DNA from: an uncultured Lachnospiraceae bacterium | GTDB taxonomy: Bacteria; Bacillota; Clostridia; Lachnospirales; Lachnospiraceae | Length of the DNA stretch: 55,672 nucleotides | Assembly: GCA_902796355.1 (NCBI GenBank) | Contig: CADBOU010000101.1 | Coordinates: 1 to 55,672 of the forward strand | Direction: 5' to 3' | Shown: positions 18,492-27,538 of the stretch, one piece after another | How the letters are laid out: each line of letters starts with the position of its first letter | Numbering within the stretch: the first letter of the stretch is position 1 | The notes under the pieces: model-generated | What the model saw: the letters and a program-made list of their open reading frames with translations, nothing else | Told to the model about the DNA's origin: nothing | Database searches by the model: none | Position numbers and translations under genes: made by a program

Positions 18492-20228
18492 ATGATGGAT
18501 AAAGCTGGGTTAAAAAGACTGATTGATGTTGCAGCAGGCCGTGTTAAGGCAGATACTGTTATCAAAAATGCTAAGATTGTCAATGTTTTTTCCGGCAAAA
18601 TTGTCGAAGGCACCATTGCGATGGTCGGTGAGGAGATTGCCGGTATTGGGGATTATGAAGGTGAAGTCGAGATCGATGCCAAAGGACAATATGCTATTCC
18701 CGGTTTGATCGATTCTCATATTCATATCGAGTCCTCACATTTGTCTCCGGAAGAATTCGGCAAACTGGTTGTTCCTCTGGGAACCACGACAGTTATTGCC
18801 GATCCGCATGAGATTGTCAATGTAGCCGGCGTCAATGGATTGAACTACATGATGAATGCAGCCAAAAATACAGCGCTGAGCGTGAAATTCATGATTCCGT
18901 CCTGCGTTCCGGCCACGCCGTTTGAACACTCCGGAGCGATTATTGATGCCAATACGATGAAGGGACCGATGCAGTTTACAAATGTGATCGGCTTGGGCGA
19001 ATTCATGAATTTTGTCGGTGTTATTAACGCGGATGATGAAGTGCTTGATAAGCTCATGGTTGCTAAACGATTTGGCAAGATAATTGACGGCCATGCACCT
19101 GCCATTAAAGGAAAAGAGCTGAATGCTTATTCAGCTGTCGGTATTCGGGGTGACCACGAGTGTTCCAATATTGAAGAACTGAATGATCGTCTGGATAACG
19201 GAGAATACATATTGCTCAGACAGGGTTCTGCCTGTCATGATCTTCCCAATTTAGCAGCCGGTGTGAACAGCAGAAACAGCCGCCGCTGCCTGCTGTGTTC
19301 GGATGACCGTCAGCCGATGACGATCCTGCAGGAAGGTCATGTCAACGGCCACCTGAGAATGTGTGTCGAGCTTGGGATCGATGCCATTACAGCAATCCAG
19401 ATGGCTACGATCAATGCTGCCGAGTGCTGGAGACTGGAAGGCCGTGGTGCGATTGCCCCTGGATATCGTGCAGATGTTGTTCTTGTCGACAACCTGAAAG
19501 ATTTTAATCCCAGCTCGGTCTTTATTGAAGGTAAGCTTGTTGCCAAGGATGGTGAGTATCTTCCGGATATTAAATACTTTGATTCGGCCTATGTTGGCGG
19601 CAGTGTCAATATCAGTGGATTTACAGAAGATAAACTGATCATGCATCTGACATCCAATCACGTTAAGACCATTCAGGTTTTAAAGGGCGGCGTTGTCACT
19701 GGCAATAAAGTGATGGATATTAAGATTGACGAGAACGGAGAATTTGTTTTTGATCCCTCAATCGATGTAGCTAAGATTGCGATTGTCGAGCGTCATCACA
19801 ATACCGGTTTCGTCGGCACAGGTCTGTTGTCAGACTATGGAATTAAAGCTGGTGCGGTTGCATTAACCATTGCACACGATTCACATAATATCGTTGTCGT
19901 CGGTGTCAACAATGATGACATGGCAGCTGCTGTACAGGCTATTAAGGAGCAGAGCGGCGGCTTTGTTCTTGTCAAAGACGGTCAGGTACTGGAGAGAATG
20001 CCTCTGCCGATCGGCGGTCTCATGACAACAGAACCAGGCACAAAGGTTGCGGAAAAGCTCATTAAGATGCACGAGATCGCGCATAAAGAGCTTGGTATCA
20101 GAGATGATCTTGAACCGTTTACAACACTATGTTTCATGTCACTGCCGGTTATTCCTGAATTGAAGATTACCGATCAGGGACTCTTTGATGTCACCAAATT
20201 CAGCTTTACATCAGTTGAGGCAGATTGA
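18492..20228 (+). CDS. ade: Adenine deaminase
   Basis: 578 aa. Amidohydrolase motif [13 protein letters not shown], then [15 protein letters not shown]. Length and motifs are typical of the Ade family. Confidence 0.85.
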   Translation: MMDKAGLKRLIDVAAGRVKADTVIKNAKIVNVFSGKIVEGTIAMVGEEIAGIGDYEGEVEIDAKGQYAIPGLIDSHIHIESSHLSPEEFGKLVVPLGTTTVIADPHEIVNVAGVNGLNYMMNAAKNTALSVKFMIPSCVPATPFEHSGAIIDANTMKGPMQFTNVIGLGEFMNFVGVINADDEVLDKLMVAKRFGKIIDGHAPAIKGKELNAYSAVGIRGDHECSNIEELNDRLDNGEYILLRQGSACHDLPNLAAGVNSRNSRRCLLCSDDRQPMTILQEGHVNGHLRMCVELGIDAITAIQMATINAAECWRLEGRGAIAPGYRADVVLVDNLKDFNPSSVFIEGKLVAKDGEYLPDIKYFDSAYVGGSVNISGFTEDKLIMHLTSNHVKTIQVLKGGVVTGNKVMDIKIDENGEFVFDPSIDVAKIAIVERHHNTGFVGTGLLSDYGIKAGAVALTIAHDSHNIVVVGVNNDDMAAAVQAIKEQSGGFVLVKDGQVLERMPLPIGGLMTTEPGTKVAEKLIKMHEIAHKELGIRDDLEPFTTLCFMSLPVIPELKITDQGLFDVTKFSFTSVEAD

Positions 20229-20255
20229 CACAGATAAATAAGATAAAAAGTTTAA

Positions 20256-20290
20256 AAGGGCGCCACGGTCTGCGTCGGCGCCCTTGTTTT
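20256..20290 (+). terminator. rho-independent terminator after the adenine deaminase gene
   Basis: AAGGGCGCC-12 nt loop-GGCGCCCTT followed by GTTTT. It lies between ade and the gpmI SD. Confidence 0.6.
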
Positions 20291-20308
20291 GTGAAGGAGA
20301 TAGTTTAT

Positions 20309-21853
20309 ATGCCTAAAAAACCGACTGTTCTTATGATACTTGATGGATACGGACTGCGTAAGGAGACGCATGGCAATGCGATAGCTTTGGCAGATACGCC
20401 TGTTGTCGACAGATTAAAAAAAGAGTATCCGTTTGTAAAAGGATATGCCAGTGGACTGGCTGTGGGACTTCCTGACGGTCAGATGGGAAATTCAGAAGTG
20501 GGGCATCTTAATATGGGCGCAGGGCGCATCGTCTATCAGGACCTGACGAAGATTTCCAAAGCGATTGCTGATGGAGATTTTTTTGAGAATCCCGAACTTC
20601 TTCGCGCATGTAAAAATGCTAAAGATAATGACAGTGCACTGCATCTTTACGGACTTGTCTCTGATGGCGGCGTACATTCCCATCAAGAGCATTTATACGG
20701 ACTGCTGGAATTGGCAAAACGTCAGAATCTGACAAAAGTGTTCATTCACTGTTTCATGGATGGCAGGGATACACCTCCTGAGTCCGGAAAAGGATATGTC
20801 GAAGAACTGGAAGAAAAATGTCAGGAAATCGGTGTCGGAGAGATTGCCTCTGTCGCGGGACGTTATTATGCTATGGATCGTGATAACAGATGGGAGCGCA
20901 CACAGAAGGCATATGATGCACTGACAAAAGGAATCGGAGAGACTGCGTTATCAGGACATGAAGCGATGCAAAACTCGTATGATGCCGGTACGACAGATGA
21001 ATTTGTTCTGCCAACGGTTATCACGGATAAGAACGGCGCTCCTGTAGCAACGATAAAAAATAACGATTCCATTATTTTCTTTAATTTCAGGCCGGATCGC
21101 GCCCGGCAGATTACGCGTTGCTTTTGCTGTGATGATTTTGACGGATTTGAGCGCGGAAAACGCATAGAGACAACATATGTATGTTTCACAGATTATGATG
21201 CGACGATACCAAATAAAACGGTTGCCTTTCCAAAAGAGGAGATTGTTAATACGCTGGGAGAGTACATATCCTCTCTGGGTATGACGCAGGCTAGAATTGC
21301 TGAAACAGAGAAATATGCTCATGTGACATTTTTCTTTAATGGCGGAGTTGAAAAGCCCAATCCAGGCGAAGACCGTTTTCTGATTCCCTCACCAAAGGTA
21401 GCCACATATGATCTCCAGCCTGAGATGAGTGCATACGGAGTATGTGATAAATTGTGCGAAGCCATTCACTCATGCCAATATGATGTGATTATCATTAACT
21501 TCGCTAACTCGGATATGGTTGGCCATACAGGAGTGCTTGCAGCGGCAATTAAAGCGGTTGAAGCAGTTGATGAGTGTGTTGGCAAAACAGTAGAGGCGGT
21601 AAAGGAAGTCGGTGGTCAGATGTTCCTCTGTGCTGATCACGGTAATTCCGACATGATGATCGATGAAGAAAGCGGTGAACCTTTTACCGCTCATACGACA
21701 AATCCGGTACCGTTTATTCTCATCAATGCAGACCCCCAATACAAATTGCGTGAAGGCGGGAAACTTGCTGATATTGCACCGACGCTGCTGGAGCTGATGG
21801 GAATCCCGCAGCCGGCAGAAATGACTGGAGAATCACTCTTGATTCAATCATAG
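20309..21853 (+). CDS. gpmI: 2,3-bisphosphoglycerate-independent phosphoglycerate mutase
   Basis: [16 protein letters not shown]-terminus, [23 protein letters not shown] 20309 sits behind GAAGGAGA. The track start at 20225 runs through the terminator. Confidence 0.95.
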   Translation: MPKKPTVLMILDGYGLRKETHGNAIALADTPVVDRLKKEYPFVKGYASGLAVGLPDGQMGNSEVGHLNMGAGRIVYQDLTKISKAIADGDFFENPELLRACKNAKDNDSALHLYGLVSDGGVHSHQEHLYGLLELAKRQNLTKVFIHCFMDGRDTPPESGKGYVEELEEKCQEIGVGEIASVAGRYYAMDRDNRWERTQKAYDALTKGIGETALSGHEAMQNSYDAGTTDEFVLPTVITDKNGAPVATIKNNDSIIFFNFRPDRARQITRCFCCDDFDGFERGKRIETTYVCFTDYDATIPNKTVAFPKEEIVNTLGEYISSLGMTQARIAETEKYAHVTFFFNGGVEKPNPGEDRFLIPSPKVATYDLQPEMSAYGVCDKLCEAIHSCQYDVIIINFANSDMVGHTGVLAAAIKAVEAVDECVGKTVEAVKEVGGQMFLCADHGNSDMMIDEESGEPFTAHTTNPVPFILINADPQYKLREGGKLADIAPTLLELMGIPQPAEMTGESLLIQS

Positions 21854-21900
21854 TCTCTCAATGCATCCCAGACATCCTGACGGAATCGTTCTCGATGCAG

Positions 21901-21956
21901 AAAAAACAGGCGGTGCATAAGAGCCCAAAATACGGGTTCTAAGCACCGTCGTTTTT
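21901..21956. terminator. Long imperfect hairpin terminator between convergent gpmI and the Mo-hydroxylase operon
   Basis: AAAAAACA-GGCGGTGC..-loop-..GCACCGTC-GTTTTT: an A-run upstream and a T-run downstream, so it could act in both directions. Confidence 0.5.
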
Positions 21957-22023
21957 CTGCTTCCGCCCAGAATATCTGAGCTGCATGATAGTTTTTGTCA
22001 TTGAATGATCAAGCTGAGTCCAA

Positions 22024-22602
22024 TTAGGCTTGTACAGTAGGATCAAGCGATGCGAAGGGCTTTCGCTCATCTGTATCTACGATTGCCTGATCATTTACTT
22101 TTTCAGCTTCTTCATATTTACCCAGGCGGCGCAGCATTGTCTTTTTGACCGCCCGGAAAATATTCTCATAACCTGTGCAGCGGCAGAGATGGCCGGAGAG
22201 GAGTTTGCGCAGTTCATCATCTGTGTATTCCTTACCGGTGTTGAGGATTTCCCATGCAGAGAGGATAAATCCCGGTGAACAGAATCCGCACTGGATTGCG
22301 GTTTCATCGATAAATGCCTGCTGGATATCTGATAGTTCTCCGCCGGGGCCCATTAAACCTTCCAGTGTCGTAATGTTTTTACCTTCTGCCCATACAGCCA
22401 GATAAATACAGGAGTCAAAAGCTTCGCCATCGATAATGACAGTACAGGCTCCGCATTCTCCGACTTCACAGCCTTTTTTGACGCTGGTCATACGGTAATC
22501 ATTGCGCAGCATATCTGTGAGAGAAGCGCGTACATCCACATTTTTTTCAGTCGGTTTTCCGTTCAGGGTAAAATGAACTGTTTTATATTTCCGTTCACTC
22601 AT
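22024..22602 (-). CDS. Molybdenum hydroxylase (xanthine dehydrogenase family) [2Fe-2S] small subunit
   Basis: CEVGECGACTV, CGFCSPG and CRCTGY motifs. 192 aa with a tail of about 35 aa. The start overlaps the FAD-subunit stop (ATGA). Confidence 0.9.
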   Translation of the reverse strand: MSERKYKTVHFTLNGKPTEKNVDVRASLTDMLRNDYRMTSVKKGCEVGECGACTVIIDGEAFDSCIYLAVWAEGKNITTLEGLMGPGGELSDIQQAFIDETAIQCGFCSPGFILSAWEILNTGKEYTDDELRKLLSGHLCRCTGYENIFRAVKKTMLRRLGKYEEAEKVNDQAIVDTDERKPFASLDPTVQA

Positions 22603-23483
22603 TTTACGTCACCTCCTGCTTTTTTGATTGATTCGCGCAAGGCTCTCTGAGCCATTACGACAGCCATATGCTCACGGAACTGTTTGCCGCCGCGCCATGA
22701 ATCACGCGGGTTGATATCTTTTAACACCTCTTTACCGAACTGTTCGACATGTTCTTCAGTGATTTCTTTGCCGTTGATATATTCTTCGGCGGAAGGAGCA
22801 CGCATGGGAACTGGTCCTGCGACCCCGTAAGCAATACGAACGCGATCAAAAGTTTTTTTGTCATCGGATAAGCGTACATTCACTGAGCAGCCAATATTGG
22901 CGATCTCGAGGGCATTGCGCTTGCCGTATTTGATGTAATGTCCGAAGCAGTTCTCATAAGAAGATTTTGGAATCAGAATGGCTGTCTGTATTTCTCCCTG
23001 GTGTAAATCAACCGTGCCGGCTTTGATGTAGAAATCTTTGATCGGTTCATAACGAACGCCGTCAGGGCCGGTAATCTCAATGATGGCTTCCCACGCATGA
23101 AGCGTTGAGGCGGAGTCGGCAGAAGTCACACCGTTACAAGTGTTGCCGCCGATAGTGCCGATCGCACGAACCTGCGGTCCGCCGATCATGTTCACGGCTT
23201 CACCGAGAACACCTATCTTTTCCTGAATAATAGGATTCTTAGTGATGTTTGAAAAACTGGTCAGCGAACCGATGCGCACGTTTTCATCTTTATCGATACT
23301 GATGCCACGCAATTCATCAAGCATATAAATGCTTACAAGCTCTTTGCCTGCACGCTTTCCCTCACGAACCTGTACCAGAACATCAGAGCCTCCGGCAATT
23401 ACCTGTGCTTCGGGATGCTCTGTCAAAAGACGGCATGCATCCTGTACGCTTTCAGCTTCATATAAAGCTTTGATATCATACAT
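22599..23483 (-). CDS. Molybdenum hydroxylase FAD-binding medium subunit (CoxM/XdhB-like)
   Basis: 294 aa. AGGSDVLVQ and IGGNTCNG are FAD-binding PCMH-type motifs. The start overlaps the large-subunit stop by 1 nt. Confidence 0.9.
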   Translation of the reverse strand: MYDIKALYEAESVQDACRLLTEHPEAQVIAGGSDVLVQVREGKRAGKELVSIYMLDELRGISIDKDENVRIGSLTSFSNITKNPIIQEKIGVLGEAVNMIGGPQVRAIGTIGGNTCNGVTSADSASTLHAWEAIIEITGPDGVRYEPIKDFYIKAGTVDLHQGEIQTAILIPKSSYENCFGHYIKYGKRNALEIANIGCSVNVRLSDDKKTFDRVRIAYGVAGPVPMRAPSAEEYINGKEITEEHVEQFGKEVLKDINPRDSWRGGKQFREHMAVVMAQRALRESIKKAGGDVK

Positions 23484-25834
23484 CAGTGCTCGCCTCCTTC
23501 CTCTTCAATCAGACCGGCTTCCACATAGTTTTTATACAGGACATCCGGAGAGAGCGGAATTTCATTGATAAAGCATCCAGTTGCCTGTGCAACAGCAGCC
23601 CGTATAGCAGGAGCAACCGGACATACCGGCGGCTCTCCCAGACCTTTGGTGCCGTATGCACTGGTAGGTTCATAGTTTTCAACAAACTCACCGACAAGTC
23701 TTGGATGATCCATGAACGATGACAGTTTATAGTCAAGCAGATTATTGTTCAGCGGACGGCCTGTCTTCTGATCAAACAGGAGCTTTTCTGAAAGGGCATA
23801 ACCGATGCCCATGCTCTGGCCGCCGTGTACCTGTGCCTCTGCAAGAGCCGGGTTGATTACCTGACCGCAGTCATGCACATTGACAATATTGAGCAGACGT
23901 ACACGGCACATCGGAATATCCACCTCGACTTCTGCAAAGCAGCAGCCAAATGAGAACGCATTTGTTTTGATGTGCGCTGTCGTTTCTGATGTCAAATGTA
24001 CACTGTGATCGCGGCTGTAAAGAGCAGTTGTAGCCAGCTCCTTCATACTCATCAGAATGCGGCCGTCTGTTTTACGGACAATGTTGTTGTCTATTATGTC
24101 CATGATATAAGGCTGCATACGTGTCAGTTCATAGGCATATTCAAGAATTCTCTTCTTCATTTCCAGAGCAGTCTTGCGGACTGAAAAACCTAGAGTATAG
24201 GTGCCTCTGGAAGCGTAGACACCGGTACCGAACGGAGTCACATCGGTATCCTGACATGAGACAGTATGGACTTTATCTAATGTCAGGCCGATTGATTCGG
24301 CTGTCATCTGAGCTGCTGCAGTATCAGCGCCCTGACCGATTTCAGTTTCAGCCAGCTGCACCTGAACAGAACCATCCTGATTTAAGACCATTCGACAGGA
24401 TGATGTCTCAAGGGCAATCGGATATACTGCCGTATTGTACCAGAATGTAGCAACGCCGATACCCCGCCGTACATCTCCGGTCTGAGGCTTTTTATACTCC
24501 TCATATTTTTTGGTATATCCGATAGTCTTATCACCTTTATCAAAGCACTGATTGAACGTATCGCTGTACAGCTCATTGCCTGAAAAGGCATGAACAAAAC
24601 CAACCGGCATCAGATTTTTACGCTTAAATTCCAGAGGATCCATGCCGAGCGCTCTGGCACAGTCATCAGCATTTGCTTCCATGGCATAAGAGCCTTGCGG
24701 CATACCGTATCCCCGCATTGCTCCCGCGACAGGCTTGTTGGTAAAAACAGTCCAGGCATCACCTTCTATATTGTCGCAAGGATACAGTTGCGGAAACGCG
24801 TTGAGCGATTTGGCGGCGATCGCATGTCCATGCGATGCGTAGGCACCCTGATCAGCCCACGCTTCATATTTTCTGGCGGCAAAAGTACCGTCTTTCCTTA
24901 AATAAGAAATGATATGGAAGCGCTCACCGTGACGGACACGGTTATTGACAAATGTTTCCTCACGCGGGACATCGATTTTGACAAGACGTCCGCCCAGCTG
25001 CATTGAAAGCCAGACACAGAGCGGTTCGTACAGTGTATCCTGTTTGTTGCCGAAACCACCGCCGACATAGGGCTTGATGACTCTGAATTTGCCCCAGTCC
25101 ATATCGAGAGCCTGCCCGATACAGCGACGTACAATATGAGGAATCTGAGTGGAAGAGTAGCAGACATAGCGGTCATCGCCTTCACCGTATGCAAAGCATT
25201 CGAAGTTCTCGATATGACAGTGCTGAACAGTGGGCACATCATACCAGCCTTCTACCTTAATCAACCCTTCCTCTTTGATTGCTTCTTCGTAATTTCCCTG
25301 ATGAATCTGTGTATGGGCCAGCACATTTCCGGGATAATCCGGATGAAGTAAAGGCGCGTCATCTTTGATGGCGTCATGCACATCCAGAACGAACGGCAGT
25401 TCTTCATATACTACCTTGTCTTTCAGTACGCGTATAGCCTGTGCTGCTGCGATTTCATCTTCAGCGACGACGGCTGCAATATCATCACCGTAATAGAGCG
25501 GATGATCTGTCAGCAACAGTCTGTCTGCGACGTCCTGATGCGAGGGTTCAACAGACCAGGGATGTCCGGGTGTGGGAAAATAATGTCTGGGTACATCAAA
25601 GCATGTGAAAATGCGCACAATGCCGGGGATTTTTTCAGCTTCAGAAGTGTCAATGGATTTGACGATTCCATTGGCTACCGAAGAGTGAAGAATCCGGGTG
25701 CATAATGCGCTTTTGTCACAAAGGTCATCAACATATTTGACACGTCCGATCGCTTTATCATGTGCGTCGAGACGGGTGAAGGATTTCCCTATAATCTTGT
25801 TGCCTACATCGGGATATCCGTTGTCTATGCTCAT
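23483..25834 (-). CDS. Molybdenum hydroxylase molybdopterin-binding large subunit (xanthine dehydrogenase family)
   Basis: GGGFGNKQ, AMRGYGMPQ and GLGEPP motifs. ATG 25834 sits behind AAAGGAGGTGG and is preferred over the track start at 25855, which lies upstream of that SD. Confidence 0.9.
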   Translation of the reverse strand: MSIDNGYPDVGNKIIGKSFTRLDAHDKAIGRVKYVDDLCDKSALCTRILHSSVANGIVKSIDTSEAEKIPGIVRIFTCFDVPRHYFPTPGHPWSVEPSHQDVADRLLLTDHPLYYGDDIAAVVAEDEIAAAQAIRVLKDKVVYEELPFVLDVHDAIKDDAPLLHPDYPGNVLAHTQIHQGNYEEAIKEEGLIKVEGWYDVPTVQHCHIENFECFAYGEGDDRYVCYSSTQIPHIVRRCIGQALDMDWGKFRVIKPYVGGGFGNKQDTLYEPLCVWLSMQLGGRLVKIDVPREETFVNNRVRHGERFHIISYLRKDGTFAARKYEAWADQGAYASHGHAIAAKSLNAFPQLYPCDNIEGDAWTVFTNKPVAGAMRGYGMPQGSYAMEANADDCARALGMDPLEFKRKNLMPVGFVHAFSGNELYSDTFNQCFDKGDKTIGYTKKYEEYKKPQTGDVRRGIGVATFWYNTAVYPIALETSSCRMVLNQDGSVQVQLAETEIGQGADTAAAQMTAESIGLTLDKVHTVSCQDTDVTPFGTGVYASRGTYTLGFSVRKTALEMKKRILEYAYELTRMQPYIMDIIDNNIVRKTDGRILMSMKELATTALYSRDHSVHLTSETTAHIKTNAFSFGCCFAEVEVDIPMCRVRLLNIVNVHDCGQVINPALAEAQVHGGQSMGIGYALSEKLLFDQKTGRPLNNNLLDYKLSSFMDHPRLVGEFVENYEPTSAYGTKGLGEPPVCPVAPAIRAAVAQATGCFINEIPLSPDVLYKNYVEAGLIEEEGGEH

Positions 25835-25958
25835 AGCTCCACCTCCTTTGAACATTTACATATTTATATTTTAAATGAATCACAATAGTAAGTAAATAGC
25901 ACCTGAGCAAAAATTTTTTAATTTACTAAAACTTTTTGCAAAATATTGTTCTGATTCG

Positions 25959-25987
25959 TTGCTTTTTGAATATCAAAATGATAGTAT
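25959..25987 (+). promoter_or_regulatory. Putative promoter of the PLP-enzyme / serCA operon, in the divergent control region shared with the Mo-hydroxylase operon
   Basis: TTGCTT (25959-25964), 17 nt, extended -10 TGATAGTAT (-10 hexamer at 25982-25987). The surrounding 177-bp region is very AT-rich. Confidence 0.3.
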
Positions 25988-26032
25988 GAATCTGTAGAAC
26001 GTTGTTTCTAAACATGAGAAGGAGATGCTTGT

Positions 26033-27502
26033 ATGATATCCCTGAAAAAAAATGAAAAAGCACTTGAACATAACATTGAGAAGGCAAGAGAAAACAATAT
26101 TATCCTGCCGACAATTGCACAGCTGAGAGATCCGAATCTCATTCCCGATTCGATCAAAGAGAAGCTGAAAGATGTCGGCCTGTGGGATATCAATCCGCTC
26201 AATCTTTTCCGGATCACATGGAGAAATGAGCCTAAAGAAAGCGGCGGATTATTCGGCAAACCTAATTATATTGTTTTACCGCCGGAACTGACCGGTGTCA
26301 AAGCCAGAATCATCTGTATGGTTGGAAAATTCTTTCCGACAGGATGCCATAAAGTCGGTGCATCTTACGGATGTCTGATTCCCAGGCTTGTCACAGGACA
26401 GTTTGATTCAACATACAATAAAGCAGTGTGGCCTTCCACAGGAAACTACTGCCGCGGCGGCGCCTTCGATTCCAAACTTCTCGGAGTAGATTCGATCGCC
26501 ATTCTTCCCGCAGAGATGAGTCAGGAGCGTTTTGACTGGCTTAAGTCCATCGCCGGCGAAGTGATTGCGACTCCGGGATGCGAGAGCAACGTCAAAGAGA
26601 TTTTTGACAAAACCTGGGAGCTGCGCGAGACCAGAGATGATGTTGTCATTTTTAATCAGTTTGACGAGATGGGCAACTATATGTGGCATTACAATGTCAC
26701 CGGTACAGCCATCCAGGGCGCTTTTGAAGATATGAAGAAGGATGGGGACCGCTTTGCAGGTGCGATCTTCACATCAGGTTCAGCCGGAACGATGGCCTCT
26801 GGTGATTATCTGAAGCAGCAGTATCCGGGATTGAAGCTCGGTGTTGGTGAAGCACTTCAGTGCCCGACACTGCTTGACAACGGTTTTGGCGGCCACCGTA
26901 TTGAAGGCATTGGCGATAAGCATGTACCGTGGATTCACAATGTCAAGAATACGGACCTGGTTGTCGACATTGATGACGAAGATTCCCAGAGACTGATTCG
27001 CTTCATGAATGAGCCGGTTGCCCGTGAATACCTGAAGAAGGAACGCGGTGTAGATCCTGCACTTGTCGATGTCCTTGATTACTTCGGTATTTCCGGCATT
27101 GCCAACATGCTTTGCGCGATTAAGATGGCCAAGTACTATGAGATGGATGAGCACGATGTCATCGCAACAGTTATGACTGACTCTGCACAGATGTATCAGT
27201 CCCGTATCCAGGAGCTTGTCGATCAGGATGGCGAGTACACACCGGTGATGGCTGCAGTTGACTATGAGAAGCATCTGCTTGGCCAGAGCACTGACAATAT
27301 GCTTGAGCTGCGCTACACAGACCGCAAGAGGATCCACAACCTCAAGTATTACACATGGATTGAGCAGCAGGGACGTGAGATCCAGGATCTGAATGATCAG
27401 TGGTATGATTTTGAGAAAGCATGGGGATCAGTCCAGAAGCAGGCTGACGAGATCGACGGCCTGATTAATGAGTTTAACGAGAGAACAGGTCTTCTCAAGT
27501 AA
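26033..27502 (+). CDS. Long fold-type-II (TrpB/CysK-like) PLP-dependent enzyme of unknown specificity; possibly OrtB-like PLP-dependent lyase/thiolase
   Basis: 489 aa behind GAAGGAGA. FPTGCHKVGAS resembles the TrpB HTGAHK PLP-lysine motif (Lys107, codon 26351-26353). Gly-rich FTSGSAGT loop. No small OrtA-like partner ORF is nearby. Family assignment is from memory only. Confidence 0.55.
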   Translation: MISLKKNEKALEHNIEKARENNIILPTIAQLRDPNLIPDSIKEKLKDVGLWDINPLNLFRITWRNEPKESGGLFGKPNYIVLPPELTGVKARIICMVGKFFPTGCHKVGASYGCLIPRLVTGQFDSTYNKAVWPSTGNYCRGGAFDSKLLGVDSIAILPAEMSQERFDWLKSIAGEVIATPGCESNVKEIFDKTWELRETRDDVVIFNQFDEMGNYMWHYNVTGTAIQGAFEDMKKDGDRFAGAIFTSGSAGTMASGDYLKQQYPGLKLGVGEALQCPTLLDNGFGGHRIEGIGDKHVPWIHNVKNTDLVVDIDDEDSQRLIRFMNEPVAREYLKKERGVDPALVDVLDYFGISGIANMLCAIKMAKYYEMDEHDVIATVMTDSAQMYQSRIQELVDQDGEYTPVMAAVDYEKHLLGQSTDNMLELRYTDRKRIHNLKYYTWIEQQGREIQDLNDQWYDFEKAWGSVQKQADEIDGLINEFNERTGLLK

Positions 27503-27538
27503 TCCGAAACGTGTTATTATTTTAACAGAGGCGAAAGA

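Noticed and set aside
25856-26032. A possible purine (guanine/adenine/xanthine) riboswitch in the divergent control region of the catabolic island
   Set aside because: The region is extremely AT-rich. It has no three-way-junction pattern and none of the conserved purine-riboswitch loop sequences that I can recognise. The leaders are probably too short.
26780-27337. 185-aa antisense ORF inside the long PLP-enzyme gene. Similar long shadow ORFs occur at 16375-16854, 28345-28809, 7144-7581, 19251-19661, 42440-42832, 38569-38961 and 52767-53159.
   Set aside because: All are fully embedded antisense to well-supported genes. They lack SD sequences and have low-complexity or Cys/His/Arg-skewed composition with no recognisable motifs. 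They are typical frame shadows.
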